Source of the DNA: Candidatus Magasanikiibacteriota bacterium
Lineage (GTDB): Bacteria; Patescibacteriota; Patescibacteriia; Magasanikbacterales; GWA2-37-8
Length of the DNA stretch: 64,000 bases
Assembly (NCBI GenBank): GCA_963840935.1
Contig: CAWJAS010000001.1
Coordinates: forward strand, 45,902-109,901
Direction of reading: 5' to 3'
This document shows, one piece after another, positions 28,182-38,974 of the stretch; position 1 is the stretch's first letter; the number at the start of each line of letters is the position of its first letter. The notes under the pieces are model-generated. The model worked only from the letters and a program-made list of their open reading frames with translations. It was not told the DNA's origin and did not search any database. The position numbers and the translations under genes were made by a program.

Positions 28182-31038
28182 AGTTTATATTAATTTGAAT
28201 TTCTTTTTGGGATGTATTTCCAAAATTGTCGGTTATTGTACCGGTTAAAATAAAATTGCCTTTTCCAGGGGAAGAGTTCCAAGTAAAATTTAATTTATCA
28301 ATTAATAAATTATCATTATGGTCAAAAGTATAAATCAATTTATTTTGTCCTTCGCCGGTTAAGCGCACTTCGATTTTTTTGATTTCACTCCATCGGAAAG
28401 GTATTATGCTTATTGACCTCGGGAAATCATTTTCGTTTAAGTATAGAGGCGATGAGTCCATCCAATTGAATCCTGGCGGGTCAATATCTGATTGCAAATT
28501 AAATTTAATTTCTTGCATAGTCATATTACCCATATCATCTGATGCGGTCACTGATAATGTGTGGGTGCCTTTTGGCAAATCTTTTAAATAATAAGACAGG
28601 GAAAACGGAGTTTGTCGGCTAACACCAATTACGTTTCCATTGATTCTATACATTACTTCATAAACTCCTCTTGGCGCGGACGCTTCAACTTGGACAGTAA
28701 TGTTTCTGGAACTTATCGTTTCATTATCATAAGGACTCAAAATCACAATTGATGGCGCGAGAGCTGGGTCAGCACTGAATGTGTCGAGTTCAGTCGGCGG
28801 TTCGGAAAAAGAAATATCTCTTCCGGCTTGTTTTTCCCGTTCAACCCAGCTTGCGATTGCCGTTTCCCACGCTTCATATTGCGGGTCTTCAAATGGGTTT
28901 TCCGGTGGCAATCCGCGCGGGTCGTCTTTATTAACATAATGCAAAATACTGTGTGGCGGTAAAAATTCTCTTTCAACCACCAAATCTTCCGGAGTTGATG
29001 ATGTGGCTATTCTTCCGTTCAATCGGTTTACCATAATTTTTATAGAGCCGTCTGAGCCACGCAGAATTGCCTTCTCCGCGTCATTAACCGGGGGTTCCGG
29101 GAATTGTTCCGGCGTGGTCGAAGCCAAAGCTTCTTTCATAAATTTATTCCAAATTTGACCGGCTAACTTATTGCCTCCACCTTTCATTGGCGAAGGAATA
29201 GTATTGCCGACCCAAACCCCAACCGCCAAGGAAGGAACATAGCCCAAGGTCCAAGCATCTTTGTAATCATTAGTGGTGCCGGTTTTTGCCGCCACCGGCC
29301 TATCGGGCAATGTCAAAGTACTGCCCAAGCCAAAAGTAAAAGCGCGCGCCGGGTCATCGGTTAAAACACTTGTTATCAACGCGGAAATTTCCGGCGATAC
29401 CGCTTCGCTTCCTTGCACTTCTTCAAATGAATAAATTTTATTACCCTTGTCGTCCGTAATTTCCAAAATTGAAACCGGAGATTTATGTTTTCCGTTATTG
29501 GCCAAAGTCGCGTATGCGTTAGTGTGTTCCAAAAGATTTACTTCAGCTCCGCCCAACACCAAAGACAAGCCGGATTGTCCATCAGACAAAGTGGTATAAC
29601 CGAATCTTTCGGCAAAGTCGGCCATGTTCTTTTCACCGACCAAGTAAAGCGCTTTTACGGCCGGAATATTCAGAGAACCCTGCAAAGCTTTTCTCATTGT
29701 CACAAGTCCACGTTCCTTGTTGTCATAATTTTGTGGCGAATAATCTCCGCCCGAGCGACTTTCAAAATTTGTCACCACGTCATAAAGCACTGTCTCCGGT
29801 GTAAAGCCTTTTTCAAACGCGGCCGTATAGACAAATGGCTTGAACGATGAACCGGGCTGTCTTTTTCCGAGTGTTGCCACGTTAAATTGGCCATCAATTT
29901 CTTCATTTTTAAAATCTCTTGACCCGACCATGGCAAGAATTTCGGAATTTTGAGGCGAAATGGCGACTAATGCCGCGTTATTCGCATTGGCTTCAGTGGC
30001 GAATTTATCGCCCATTTCCTGAATTATCGCTTCAGCCATTTTCTGTTTATCATAATCAAGAGTAGTCACTACCCTAAGCCCGCTTTGGTCAACCATTTTT
30101 TCACCATATTTTTCGGCCAGTAATTGTTTGATATACATCACAAAATGCGGAGCATCCATTATGCCGGTATTTTTTATTATTTTTAATTCTTCGGCCTGCG
30201 CTTGGTTTTTTTCTTCTTCGGAAATATATTCCTGTTCAAACATCAAACGCAAAACAAGATTGCGCCTTTCTTTGAGCATTTCCGTGTCGTTCAAATATCT
30301 TGTTGGTTGCTTGAGTAGAGCAGCCAATGTCGCCGCTTCATGCAATGCCAAGTCAGTTGCCGATTTTCGAAAATAACTTTGAGAGGCGGATTCAATACCA
30401 TAGTTGGTCGATCCGTATGGCGCTTCGTTCAAATACATTTTTAGTATTTGGTCTTTGGTATATTTTTTTTCCAAACGCATGGCGAGTATTGCTTCTTTAA
30501 TTTTTCTAAAATACGATTTTTCTCCGCCGACTATGGAAAGTTTAATTAATTGTTGCGTTAAAGTGGAAGCACCACCCGAGCCGGTTTTTCTGCCGATTAA
30601 ATTATTAAAGCCGGCACGAATGATAGAAATAAAACGAACGCCTTTGTGTGTATAAAAATTTTTATCTTCAACGGCGACTGTTGCTTTGATTGCATATGGA
30701 GAAATTTTATCCAATTCAACCATGGTTCGTTTTTGATCTTGGTAAACCTCATAAAGCAAGTGTTCGCCGGTGCGGTCATAAATTTTTGTGCTTTGGGCCA
30801 CTTGTCTTTCGGATAATTTTTCCGGGTCCGGCAAATCGCGACTAATAACTGCAATAACCACAGTTGCGGTTATAAAACCAAGAATGCACAAACCCACCGC
30901 GGTAAAAATAAGCGGTTTGAGCCATTTTCTTTTGGATTTGGGTTTTTTTCTGGGATTTTGAGGGGGAATTACCGGTCCTCGCCGTCCCAAATCGCCGTAA
31001 GTAATGCGTCTGCGATTAAATGTCCGGTCATTATTCAT
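28180..31038 (-). CDS. class A penicillin-binding protein (transglycosylase plus transpeptidase) with a long C-terminal extension
   Basis: GT51 motifs (EDKNFYTHKGV, RKTGSGGASTLTQQ), transpeptidase SxxK (GSSFK), SxN and KTG motifs; N-terminal TM. Confidence 0.9.
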   Translation of the reverse strand: MNNDRTFNRRRITYGDLGRRGPVIPPQNPRKKPKSKRKWLKPLIFTAVGLCILGFITATVVIAVISRDLPDPEKLSERQVAQSTKIYDRTGEHLLYEVYQDQKRTMVELDKISPYAIKATVAVEDKNFYTHKGVRFISIIRAGFNNLIGRKTGSGGASTLTQQLIKLSIVGGEKSYFRKIKEAILAMRLEKKYTKDQILKMYLNEAPYGSTNYGIESASQSYFRKSATDLALHEAATLAALLKQPTRYLNDTEMLKERRNLVLRLMFEQEYISEEEKNQAQAEELKIIKNTGIMDAPHFVMYIKQLLAEKYGEKMVDQSGLRVVTTLDYDKQKMAEAIIQEMGDKFATEANANNAALVAISPQNSEILAMVGSRDFKNEEIDGQFNVATLGKRQPGSSFKPFVYTAAFEKGFTPETVLYDVVTNFESRSGGDYSPQNYDNKERGLVTMRKALQGSLNIPAVKALYLVGEKNMADFAERFGYTTLSDGQSGLSLVLGGAEVNLLEHTNAYATLANNGKHKSPVSILEITDDKGNKIYSFEEVQGSEAVSPEISALITSVLTDDPARAFTFGLGSTLTLPDRPVAAKTGTTNDYKDAWTLGYVPSLAVGVWVGNTIPSPMKGGGNKLAGQIWNKFMKEALASTTPEQFPEPPVNDAEKAILRGSDGSIKIMVNRLNGRIATSSTPEDLVVEREFLPPHSILHYVNKDDPRGLPPENPFEDPQYEAWETAIASWVEREKQAGRDISFSEPPTELDTFSADPALAPSIVILSPYDNETISSRNITVQVEASAPRGVYEVMYRINGNVIGVSRQTPFSLSYYLKDLPKGTHTLSVTASDDMGNMTMQEIKFNLQSDIDPPGFNWMDSSPLYLNENDFPRSISIIPFRWSEIKKIEVRLTGEGQNKLIYTFDHNDNLLIDKLNFTWNSSPGKGNFILTGTITDNFGNTSQKEIQININ

Positions 31039-31164
31039 AATTCAGGAAATGTATTTTGAATATACATTAAGCTATATTATATCGCAAGACTGATTTTTTA
31101 TCAAAAGTTGCTTTACGATGTTTAATTTTCAAAATTTGCTTTTTGGGTTACAGGGGTTGGGGGA

Positions 31165-31199
31165 TTGACAAAGACCCTTTTTTATGCTATACTATTCTG
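31165..31199 (+). promoter_or_regulatory. sigma70-like promoter (TTGACA, 17 bp spacer, TATACT) for the 3D-domain gene
   Basis: Consensus hexamers at the correct spacing, about 60 bp upstream of the ATG. Confidence 0.55.
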
Positions 31200-31258
31200 T
31201 TAATATAAAGTCCAAGAAATATCCTGATAGGGTATTTTTTGCTTAAATAAGCCAAATT

Positions 31259-31921
31259 ATGAACAAGTTAATGCAGAAAATCGGGTTATTTGCCATAAAA
31301 ATGAGGATTTTTGCGATTGGTCCGGCAATTGCCCTGGTTATGCTTTTACCAGGCAATGTTTTGGCTATACAAAGCGAAAATATATTCATGGAAGGCCTGG
31401 CTTTTACCAAAGATTTGATGAATTATGCTCAAATTAGCAAAAAAACAGCTAGTATTGATACTAATCACATAATTACTGATAAAAGCTGTGAGGCAGTGGA
31501 TTTGAGTGGTTTAAATAACTTCTTAACGACCAATAAAGCCCCGGAAAGCATTACCGTTGCCGGTAGTGTTCCCGAGGATGAACAACCCAACAAAATCGTT
31601 AAAGCGGTTATTACAGCCTATACCTCAACTCCGGGCCAAACCGACAGTACGCCGTTTATCGGCGCTTCAGGTAAACATGTCTATGATGGCATGATTGCCG
31701 CCAACTGGCTTCCGTTTGGTACCAAAGTCAAAATTCCGGCTCTCTACGGTGACAAAGTGTTCACTGTGGATGATCGCATGAATTCACGCTATGGCTACGG
31801 CCGTATGGATATCTGGCTTGATACCACAAGAACCGAAGCCCTTAAATTCGGCGTAAAAAGAGTGGAAGTACAGATATTTTATGAAGAACCGCCAACCAAG
31901 AAATTGGTTATAGCCAAATAA
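31259..31921 (+). CDS. 3D (Asp-Asp-Asp) domain protein, MltA/YuiC-like cell-wall-binding
   Basis: Signal peptide; C-terminal 3D-domain block (ITAYTSTPGQTDSTPF...DRMNSRYG). Confidence 0.65.
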   Translation: MNKLMQKIGLFAIKMRIFAIGPAIALVMLLPGNVLAIQSENIFMEGLAFTKDLMNYAQISKKTASIDTNHIITDKSCEAVDLSGLNNFLTTNKAPESITVAGSVPEDEQPNKIVKAVITAYTSTPGQTDSTPFIGASGKHVYDGMIAANWLPFGTKVKIPALYGDKVFTVDDRMNSRYGYGRMDIWLDTTRTEALKFGVKRVEVQIFYEEPPTKKLVIAK

Positions 31922-31966
31922 CAAAAAACCCGTCAGTTTACTCTGGCGGGTTTTTTTGTCTATAGC

Positions 31967-32173
31967 TTACTGCAGTTTAAAGTCAACGCCGTTTTCCATC
32001 AAACATTCATAGTAGCCGGCAGTCCAACCTTCATTCACAAAACATTGTTTTTTGATCTGTGACGGCCTCCAGGCAAACCACCAAAAAACGAACAATAGCA
32101 CTATCAGCGAAAATCCGGTTATAATCCAGAAATAGCTGATTCCCCCCTTGCTTTCTTCTTTGTTGATATCCAT
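31967..32173 (-). CDS. small hypothetical membrane protein
   Basis: 68 aa, single TM, four Cys; weak. Confidence 0.3.
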   Translation of the reverse strand: MDINKEESKGGISYFWIITGFSLIVLLFVFWWFAWRPSQIKKQCFVNEGWTAGYYECLMENGVDFKLQ

Positions 32174-32235
32174 AAAAGCAAGTTAAATGATTAATAATGT
32201 TATTTAATCATATCAGAATATATATAGCAAGCCCA

Positions 32236-33753
32236 CTAACTCTCCGCAATCCTATATTGCAACGACTCAGCCACATGTTCGGTTTGGATGGTGTTTTCGT
32301 GGGCCAAATCAGCAATAGTCCGGCTAAGTTTGAGAATTCGGTTATAGGCGCGAGCGGAGAGGTGCATCCGAGTAACCGCTGTTTTTAGCAAATTGACCGC
32401 ATCGCTGTTTATTGAACAGTGATTTTTTATTTCCAAATTTCCCATTTCACTGTTTGAAGATATCGAACTATCCAAAAATCTTTCATTTTGAATTTTACGC
32501 GCTTTCAAAACTCTTTCACGCACAACCGAAGACGGCTCGGCATTCACGGACGAAGACATTTCTTCAAACTTGATTCTGGGCACGCTCACATGCAAATCAA
32601 TTCTATCCAAAATCGGACCACTAATTTTTTTGTTGTAATTATTTATTTGAGATGCCGTGCAAACACATGGCTGGTCTGGGTCATCGCTGTACCCGCAAGG
32701 GCAGGGGTTTTGCGAAGCAACAAGCATAAATCGCGCCGGAAAAGATAAACTGCCTTGAGCCCGTGAAATTGTGACAACGCCGTCTTCAAGCGGTTGACGC
32801 AAAGCTTCCAAAACATTTCTTGGAAACTCCGGGAACTCATCCAAAAACAAAACACCTTTATGCGAAAGCGATATCTCGCCCGGTCTTGGCCATTTGCCAC
32901 CACCGACAAGGGCAACATTAGAGATTGTGTGGTGGGGCGACCGGAAGGGCCGTTCACGGACGATGTTTTGTTTGAGGTGCCCTGCGATTGAATAAATTTT
33001 TGTCACTTCAAGCGATTCGTCTTGGGTCAGGGGCGGTAAAATTGTGGGCAGGGTTCTCGCGAGCAAAGTTTTACCCGAACCGGGCGGACCTTTCATCAGA
33101 ATGTTGTGTCCGCCTGCCGCGGCAATTTCCAAGGCGCGTTTGGCAAAGTTTTGCCCGCGCACAAGCGCCAAATCAATTGTTGGGTTGTCGATATCGGGCG
33201 AAAAAATATTTTCATCAGGCAAAAAAGGCGTGATTTGTTCTTCAGCGAGCAAATGTTTCACCAGTTTTTGAAGCGAGGACACCGGATAAATCAAAGGCCC
33301 ATCTTTGACCAAAGATGCTTCCACAATATCACTTTCGGGAATAAAAATTTTTTTAATTCCGCGTCTTTTGGCGAATAAAATCAAAGGCAAAATACCGGCC
33401 ACATGGCGCACTTGGCCATCAAGCGCCAGTTCCCCAATAATCAAAGCATCAGTCAAATCAAGCGGAAGGTCCATACTCGCCATAATCAGTCCTACCGCCA
33501 TCGGCAAATCATAAAGCGGGCCCTCTTTGGGCAGGTCGGCCGGCGCCATGTTGATTAAAATCCGAAAATTAAACGGATATTCAAAACCCGAATTTTTTAT
33601 GGCGGAATAAATTCGTTCTTTAGCTTCGCGGATAGAGGTGTCGGGCAAGCCGACGATTTGAAAATTTGTTTGGCCTTTGTGGATATCCACTTCAATCTCC
33701 ATTGGTTCGCAGTCAATCCCAACCACCGCGGCCGAGGGCAATTTAAAAAACAT
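32236..33753 (-). CDS. YifB/ComM family Mg-chelatase-like AAA+ ATPase
   Basis: 505 aa; Walker A GPPGSGKT, ChlI-like domain, C-terminal ComM region. Confidence 0.88.
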   Translation of the reverse strand: MFFKLPSAAVVGIDCEPMEIEVDIHKGQTNFQIVGLPDTSIREAKERIYSAIKNSGFEYPFNFRILINMAPADLPKEGPLYDLPMAVGLIMASMDLPLDLTDALIIGELALDGQVRHVAGILPLILFAKRRGIKKIFIPESDIVEASLVKDGPLIYPVSSLQKLVKHLLAEEQITPFLPDENIFSPDIDNPTIDLALVRGQNFAKRALEIAAAGGHNILMKGPPGSGKTLLARTLPTILPPLTQDESLEVTKIYSIAGHLKQNIVRERPFRSPHHTISNVALVGGGKWPRPGEISLSHKGVLFLDEFPEFPRNVLEALRQPLEDGVVTISRAQGSLSFPARFMLVASQNPCPCGYSDDPDQPCVCTASQINNYNKKISGPILDRIDLHVSVPRIKFEEMSSSVNAEPSSVVRERVLKARKIQNERFLDSSISSNSEMGNLEIKNHCSINSDAVNLLKTAVTRMHLSARAYNRILKLSRTIADLAHENTIQTEHVAESLQYRIAES

Positions 33754-33754
33754 T

Positions 33755-34627
33755 TTATTTAATTTTATTCACCGAATTGTTCAAAAAATTTATCACTGCT
33801 TTGTGCGCTTTAATTCTTTTTTTGAGAGGTATGTTCGCGGTTGGAGTTTCTATCACAAAAACTTTTTTTCCATTTGGACCGGGGATTATTTTGTTATTCA
33901 CAATTATTTTTTTCGCGCTGATTAATTCATCAATCGAGCCGTCTTTTTGGCGTCCAATCAATCCGTTGATTATTTGTTCGTTAAAACGAGTTTTGCTATT
34001 TTGTTGCATTGGAATTTTATTTTTTTTCAAAACTTGTAAAATTTTTAAAGCCAGTTCATCTTTCACGCCTTTTGTGCCTTGAGAATAAATATACCCGCCA
34101 CAAGCCAGAGCATCTTCATGAAAATCAAGACTGATTAAAGGTGGATAATTTTTTGCGGTTGTAATAATATATTTGGTTAAAGAAAAACAAGTCGGATTGG
34201 CCGGAGTTTTTTGTCTGGCTTTGTTTTTTGAGCTTATTAGAAGATGGTCGGAATCAGCCACGCTTAAACCCAATTTATTATTTGGATGTCTTTGAAGTTT
34301 TTTGTAGCCGACCGGGTTGCACAGTGGAATTACCACCATTGGTTTCTTTTTTCCCATTTTTATTATGGTTTCAATGCTTTCAGCAATAGCGTTTGGGCCG
34401 GCCGGTTCTTCTCCGTGAATCCCGGAAATAATGTAAATTGCCGAACCGTTAGTTTTTGTGCGAAATCCCCAAATCGGAAAAATTATTTCTTTACCTTGCC
34501 AGAGTGTTTTGCATTCGGCGATTTTATCCGCCTCCCATTTACCGGTTTTTAATAATTTTAAATAGGCGCCGTAAAGCGCCTTTATTGTTTTTCGTCCGTC
34601 ATTTTGACCGGTTTTCACTGTCCGCAT
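33755..34627 (-). CDS. M14-like / AstE-AspA family zinc hydrolase (carboxypeptidase/deacylase-like)
   Basis: GIHGEEPAG zinc-binding HxxE motif plus a downstream His. Confidence 0.5.
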   Translation of the reverse strand: MRTVKTGQNDGRKTIKALYGAYLKLLKTGKWEADKIAECKTLWQGKEIIFPIWGFRTKTNGSAIYIISGIHGEEPAGPNAIAESIETIIKMGKKKPMVVIPLCNPVGYKKLQRHPNNKLGLSVADSDHLLISSKNKARQKTPANPTCFSLTKYIITTAKNYPPLISLDFHEDALACGGYIYSQGTKGVKDELALKILQVLKKNKIPMQQNSKTRFNEQIINGLIGRQKDGSIDELISAKKIIVNNKIIPGPNGKKVFVIETPTANIPLKKRIKAHKAVINFLNNSVNKIK

Positions 34628-34641
34628 ATTCTCACAACTTC

Positions 34642-35169
34642 TTAATCCATGTGTATTAGTTTGCCTGCGTCGAATCTTGGTTTTTTTCCGTAGATGGCAA
34701 TACCGAAATGAAAATATTTTTTGCCTTTCTCATCCATATCGTGCCACCTTTCTTCAAGTTCATAATTATACAAAAAGGTTCGCGGAAAAGTGGCCGGGTC
34801 TTCAAAAATAATTTTATCTTTGGTGTAACCCAAAGCCACGGCATAGTGCCCGTCCGACCAATTTTTTTCCCAATTAACATTAGTTTTTTTTGTCCAAGCC
34901 TGCAAAACCAAAATTACCGGAATTTTTTTATCCAAATATCTTTTGATTTGTTCGATAGTCATTTCTTTTCCTACGGCTTTCAGTCCGAATTTTTTTGCCA
35001 CCCTGATTATGTCTTTGATTGTAGTACCCGATTCGGATGTTTTGGCGTATCTCATTATTTGGTCTTCGCGAGAATCAATTCCGTAATAGGCCAAAATTGT
35101 TTGAAGCGCTTTGGCTCCGCATCCATAGTGGTATGCTTGGCGAAGCAATGGCAATGTTAGTAGTTTCAT
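34642..35169 (-). CDS. papain-like (C39-like) cysteine peptidase domain protein
   Basis: YGCGAKALQTILAYYG catalytic-Cys context; start moved to an internal Met to avoid overlap; weak. Confidence 0.35.
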   Translation of the reverse strand: MKLLTLPLLRQAYHYGCGAKALQTILAYYGIDSREDQIMRYAKTSESGTTIKDIIRVAKKFGLKAVGKEMTIEQIKRYLDKKIPVILVLQAWTKKTNVNWEKNWSDGHYAVALGYTKDKIIFEDPATFPRTFLYNYELEERWHDMDEKGKKYFHFGIAIYGKKPRFDAGKLIHMD

Positions 35170-35188
35170 ATGGCGATAATTAACTTGG

Positions 35189-36676
35189 CTAAATTGTTTT
35201 GCTAATATAGTAATCAACCGGCGCAAAATCATCAGTCAAAATAGGCATATCCTCGGTTATTTTCTCTGTCCATCTGTGCTTCAAATAACTGTCGATGTCG
35301 GGATTTTCGCTTGAGAAAACCTGTTCTTCATCTGATTTCAGGGCGACCAAAATTATGTTTTGCACTTGGTAGCCGTTGGTTGGCGCGGAAACAGGGAATA
35401 AAAAGACCTGGGGGAACACGCTTTTGTATGTGGCGTATTCGGCGCGCAAAAATTTTCCTTTTTCTCCTTTGATTGATGAAATAATGTTTAAAACAACTAT
35501 TCCGTTTTCTTCCAGCGCGTCAAATTTTTTTTGTACCGCCTCTTTTGTGGTTAATTGGTACGGCAGGGAATATTGCGAACTGAAGGCGTCGCCAAAAATA
35601 ACATCATATTTATTTTTTGTTTCGTTCAAATATACTCGACCGTCTTTGTGATAAATTGTTAAGCGCGGATCGTCTTTTAATTTAAAATATTTTTTTGCCA
35701 GTTCGGTAATCATCGGGTCGATTTCAACCACGTCAATTGTCGCTTCCGGGTATTTTAGCAAAAATTCTTTCGGATAAGAATAACCGGCTCCGCCGAGCAT
35801 TAAAGTTTTTTGAAATCCTGGGTTAAAATGTTTTGCCAAATGATAATATTTGGCGTATTCATAAACCATGTTGTTGCTGTTCAAATACATGGCCGAGCTG
35901 TGCTCGCTGTTTATGGAGAATGTGCGGATAGTGTCATTCGCGTTTTTATCAAAAATTTCATAAATCCATACTCGGCTGTATGAAGTATCCACGTCAATAA
36001 ATCCTTTTTGAGCGAGAGCATTGTTTACTCCATCAAAGATAAACCAGCCGGCAAGCATTAAAGCAAAAACCAAAAATTTGATTTTTAATGCTTTTTTTGC
36101 GGAGAGAAACAAAGAAACAGTGATTAAAGTAATTGTTAAGATAATAAGCAGTTTGTTTGTGCCAAATTTGGGAATCAAATAAAAACCGGACAAAAAAGTG
36201 CCGACAATACTACCGGCAGTGGAAATAGCATAAAGATTACCAATGGTCGCGCCGGATATTTCAAGGTTTAATAATTTGAGTTTTGCCGCGTAGGGCGACA
36301 CCATGCCGAGAAGAATGCTTGTTGGAGAAAAAAGAACAATAGTCGCGATTATCGAAGATATTTTGATGTCGGGTATGGTCGCCTTTAAATAAACAAGAAA
36401 AAAATCTTTTATAATAAGTGTTAGTCCTATAAATATGGCCGATAAAAAAATTACAAGCGCAAGCATTTCTATGTTTGGTTTTTTGTCTGCCACTTTTCCG
36501 CCAAGAAAATAACCAAAGCTGAGACTGCCCAAAATTATTCCGATTAAGCTGGTCCAAACAAAAATCGAAGTGCCAAAATAGGGTCCAAGCACTCTGGAAC
36601 CGACCAGTTCAAATACCATGACCACCGCTCCACAAATAAAAACGGCGATTTCTAAAGAGTATTTATTTAACTTCAT
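35189..36676 (-). CDS. membrane-anchored spermidine synthase-like (polyamine aminopropyltransferase) fusion protein
   Basis: About 8 TM helices followed by SpeE-like motifs (LMLGGAGYSYP, VVEIDP, DVIFGDAFSS). Confidence 0.65.
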   Translation of the reverse strand: MKLNKYSLEIAVFICGAVVMVFELVGSRVLGPYFGTSIFVWTSLIGIILGSLSFGYFLGGKVADKKPNIEMLALVIFLSAIFIGLTLIIKDFFLVYLKATIPDIKISSIIATIVLFSPTSILLGMVSPYAAKLKLLNLEISGATIGNLYAISTAGSIVGTFLSGFYLIPKFGTNKLLIILTITLITVSLFLSAKKALKIKFLVFALMLAGWFIFDGVNNALAQKGFIDVDTSYSRVWIYEIFDKNANDTIRTFSINSEHSSAMYLNSNNMVYEYAKYYHLAKHFNPGFQKTLMLGGAGYSYPKEFLLKYPEATIDVVEIDPMITELAKKYFKLKDDPRLTIYHKDGRVYLNETKNKYDVIFGDAFSSQYSLPYQLTTKEAVQKKFDALEENGIVVLNIISSIKGEKGKFLRAEYATYKSVFPQVFLFPVSAPTNGYQVQNIILVALKSDEEQVFSSENPDIDSYLKHRWTEKITEDMPILTDDFAPVDYYISKTI

Positions 36677-36854
36677 GCGGAATGAATTAATTATTATCAG
36701 CCTATTTTACCGCTTTTTACGCATAATTTCAAGAGCGGGATAGTTTGCCGATAATTCAGTCGAGGTAATCCGAAAGGTTTTGCGTCGGTTATCATTTATG
36801 CTTATACAAAATATTATTATAGTGTAAATGCTTTTAGTCAAACGATAATGCGCG

Positions 36855-37265
36855 CTAGTAATCTTCTAGAGTTTTGTATGCTTTTATCCAATCTTGTGGG
36901 AATGAATGTTTTTTAATAAAAGCAGAAATCATTTTTTTATCGAAGCGAAGTGTCTTGAGATGAGGACAAAATCTTTTGTCTAATTTTACATTAGGTGTTT
37001 TTTTTGAAAAATCAAGCAAAAAAGGATAAAGTTGACATTCCAAAGGTCTTTTACGGTAAATAGTGCATTTTGCATTTTTGTCATCTAAAAAAATGCAGTT
37101 GCCGTTATCTTTTTTTGCCAATACCCTCATTTGCCTGTAAGCCGTTTTAACATTGCGTGAATATTTTTTGAACCTTTCTTCTTCAGAGGGCAATAACACA
37201 GGAGTTAAATTAGGATTTCTGCCACAACAATGATTCGCGCATTCATTACAATCTATTTGTATCAT
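36855..37265 (-). CDS. YkgJ family Cys-cluster (zinc/iron-chelating domain) protein
   Basis: CNECANHCC...C pattern of UPF0153. Confidence 0.5.
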   Translation of the reverse strand: MIQIDCNECANHCCGRNPNLTPVLLPSEEERFKKYSRNVKTAYRQMRVLAKKDNGNCIFLDDKNAKCTIYRKRPLECQLYPFLLDFSKKTPNVKLDKRFCPHLKTLRFDKKMISAFIKKHSFPQDWIKAYKTLEDY

Positions 37266-37288
37266 AATAATTGAACAAGAATATTAAT

Positions 37289-38194
37289 TTATTCGAATTT
37301 AAAGCTATTAACCATTTCTTGGTCATAGATATTTTGATAGTTTTCGTCTGCAACGAAAGTAGATGCTTGCCCGAGGTCCCATGAAATTGCCTTATTTTTT
37401 GCTGGGTAATATTTTAGAACCGTCATATAGTTTAATGGACATTCTGTATCTTCCAAATCTTTCCCGTCTCCCAGAATAGATACATCAAAAACACCAGATT
37501 GGTCCGAGGAATTTTTTTCGCCCAATTTGCATCCACTGCCGTAACGTTCCTTTATAAAATTTTCCAACTGCGTGTCATTATCGATGTCTCTAATAACAAA
37601 CTTCCAACTTTGTTGCTGAAAATATTTGTCATCCTTAAGACGGGCAAGTGAGTTCGCGACTTTTTCACATCCAGAATAATAATGAATATTATCTCTTATT
37701 GTTTCTCCGGTAAGTTCATAGAAATATTCACTGGAAATATAGATATTTTCATCTTCAAAAATTTTTACCGGGACAATTCCGTTTTTTGGGCGGTAGGAGT
37801 CGGTTTTCCATTCACACGCGGACCCATATCCATGGTACATTTTTTTAGGAACTTTAATTGAAAAGCCATATTTATGATTGGTGTATTTATTCCATGTTTG
37901 ATCGACTGAATTAATGGTCGAAGCAGTATCGGTTGTAGTTGGCTCAGTGTTAGTTGCGGGAGAATTTGGTTCATTTTTTGGGGTTTCTGATTGTTCCAGT
38001 AATGTAATTTGGTTTTCTAATGAAGTGATTTGTTTTTGTAAAATTTGTTCCGCAGATTTTCGATTTGAATTTTGCCATGCATATGCTCCACCACCCACAA
38101 TTAAGGCAGTTAAAACAATGGCAATAATAATGACCCAAATATTTTTCGAGTGTTGAGTTTGCGCATTTGGTTGTGGAAAATTTTGTTCGCTCAT
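37289..38194 (-). CDS. hypothetical membrane-anchored protein with coiled-coil
   Basis: 301 aa; N-terminal TM; no recognisable motif. Confidence 0.45.
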   Translation of the reverse strand: MSEQNFPQPNAQTQHSKNIWVIIIAIVLTALIVGGGAYAWQNSNRKSAEQILQKQITSLENQITLLEQSETPKNEPNSPATNTEPTTTDTASTINSVDQTWNKYTNHKYGFSIKVPKKMYHGYGSACEWKTDSYRPKNGIVPVKIFEDENIYISSEYFYELTGETIRDNIHYYSGCEKVANSLARLKDDKYFQQQSWKFVIRDIDNDTQLENFIKERYGSGCKLGEKNSSDQSGVFDVSILGDGKDLEDTECPLNYMTVLKYYPAKNKAISWDLGQASTFVADENYQNIYDQEMVNSFKFE

Positions 38195-38388
38195 ATTTAT
38201 TTTTAGTTAATAAAATTATTTTGAAATTTTTCGCTGTCTCATTCTATTTTTAATGTATCGTTCAACGGCCTCTTTTGTAGTCAGCCAGTCCCTACCTTCT
38301 TTGTGTGCTTCCAGTTTTCCTTGTCGGGCAAGTAAGTTTAGATATTTTGCGGAGTGGGCGCGTGTATGAGAAGTTTCGCCAACTTTCT

Positions 38389-38763
38389 TTATTGATCAAT
38401 CACTTTGTCTGTTTTCAAAATATCTCGCTTATCTTCACCCGTCGTCACCTGCTTGATGACTATAAATTTCACAATTTTGTCAGTATGATTAATAAAGGTG
38501 TGCGGTGTGTTTTCTGTTTCAATCAAATCACCAGCTTTGACAATCTGACTTTCGATTTTATCGCCGACTTTCCATTCAGCAGTCAGTTCGCCTTCAATAA
38601 TGTACAAACTTTCCAAAATCTTTTCATGATGATGCCAAGTTTGGGTTGTACCCCCTACTTGTTCATTATAGTGTAGCTCATATTCATCACGAAGATAATA
38701 GCGAACGTTTAACCCTTCCGGTTTTGAAACAGACAAAGATTCTTCACGTTTAACTATTTTCAT
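38389..38763 (-). CDS. cupin domain protein
   Basis: HHHEKILESLYIIEGEL...PHTFIN two-His cupin motifs. Confidence 0.65.
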   Translation of the reverse strand: MKIVKREESLSVSKPEGLNVRYYLRDEYELHYNEQVGGTTQTWHHHEKILESLYIIEGELTAEWKVGDKIESQIVKAGDLIETENTPHTFINHTDKIVKFIVIKQVTTGEDKRDILKTDKVIDQ

Positions 38764-38851
38764 AGTATTAATCTTATTTTTTAGAATAGCTTTTTGGCAA
38801 TTTTACATAAGGGGCGCGCTTATCCAAATTATTTTTTGCGGTTGTAACCTT

Positions 38852-38886
38852 GACAGAATAGCCGTTATTTGCTATATTGAAATGTC
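38852..38886 (+). promoter_or_regulatory. sigma70-like promoter (TTGACA, 17 bp spacer, TATATT)
   Basis: Consensus hexamers upstream of the 38975 ORF; GAAGGAGG RBS at about 38955. Confidence 0.5.
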
Positions 38887-38974
38887 AATAGTTGAGAAAT
38901 CGTCAAACCAAAAGAGTGGTTTTTCGCTGTTGCGAGGGTCTGCTCTTTTACAAATTTTGAAGGAGGAACATAAG

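Noticed and set aside
38195-38388. Short minus-strand frame encoding ...RDWLTTKEAVERYIKNRMRQRKISK (excisionase/HTH-like tail) between the cupin gene and the downstream gene
   Set aside because: There is no ATG, GTG or TTG start with an RBS, and the frame is under 60 codons. It may be a gene remnant next to an attC-like remnant, but it cannot be supported as a feature.
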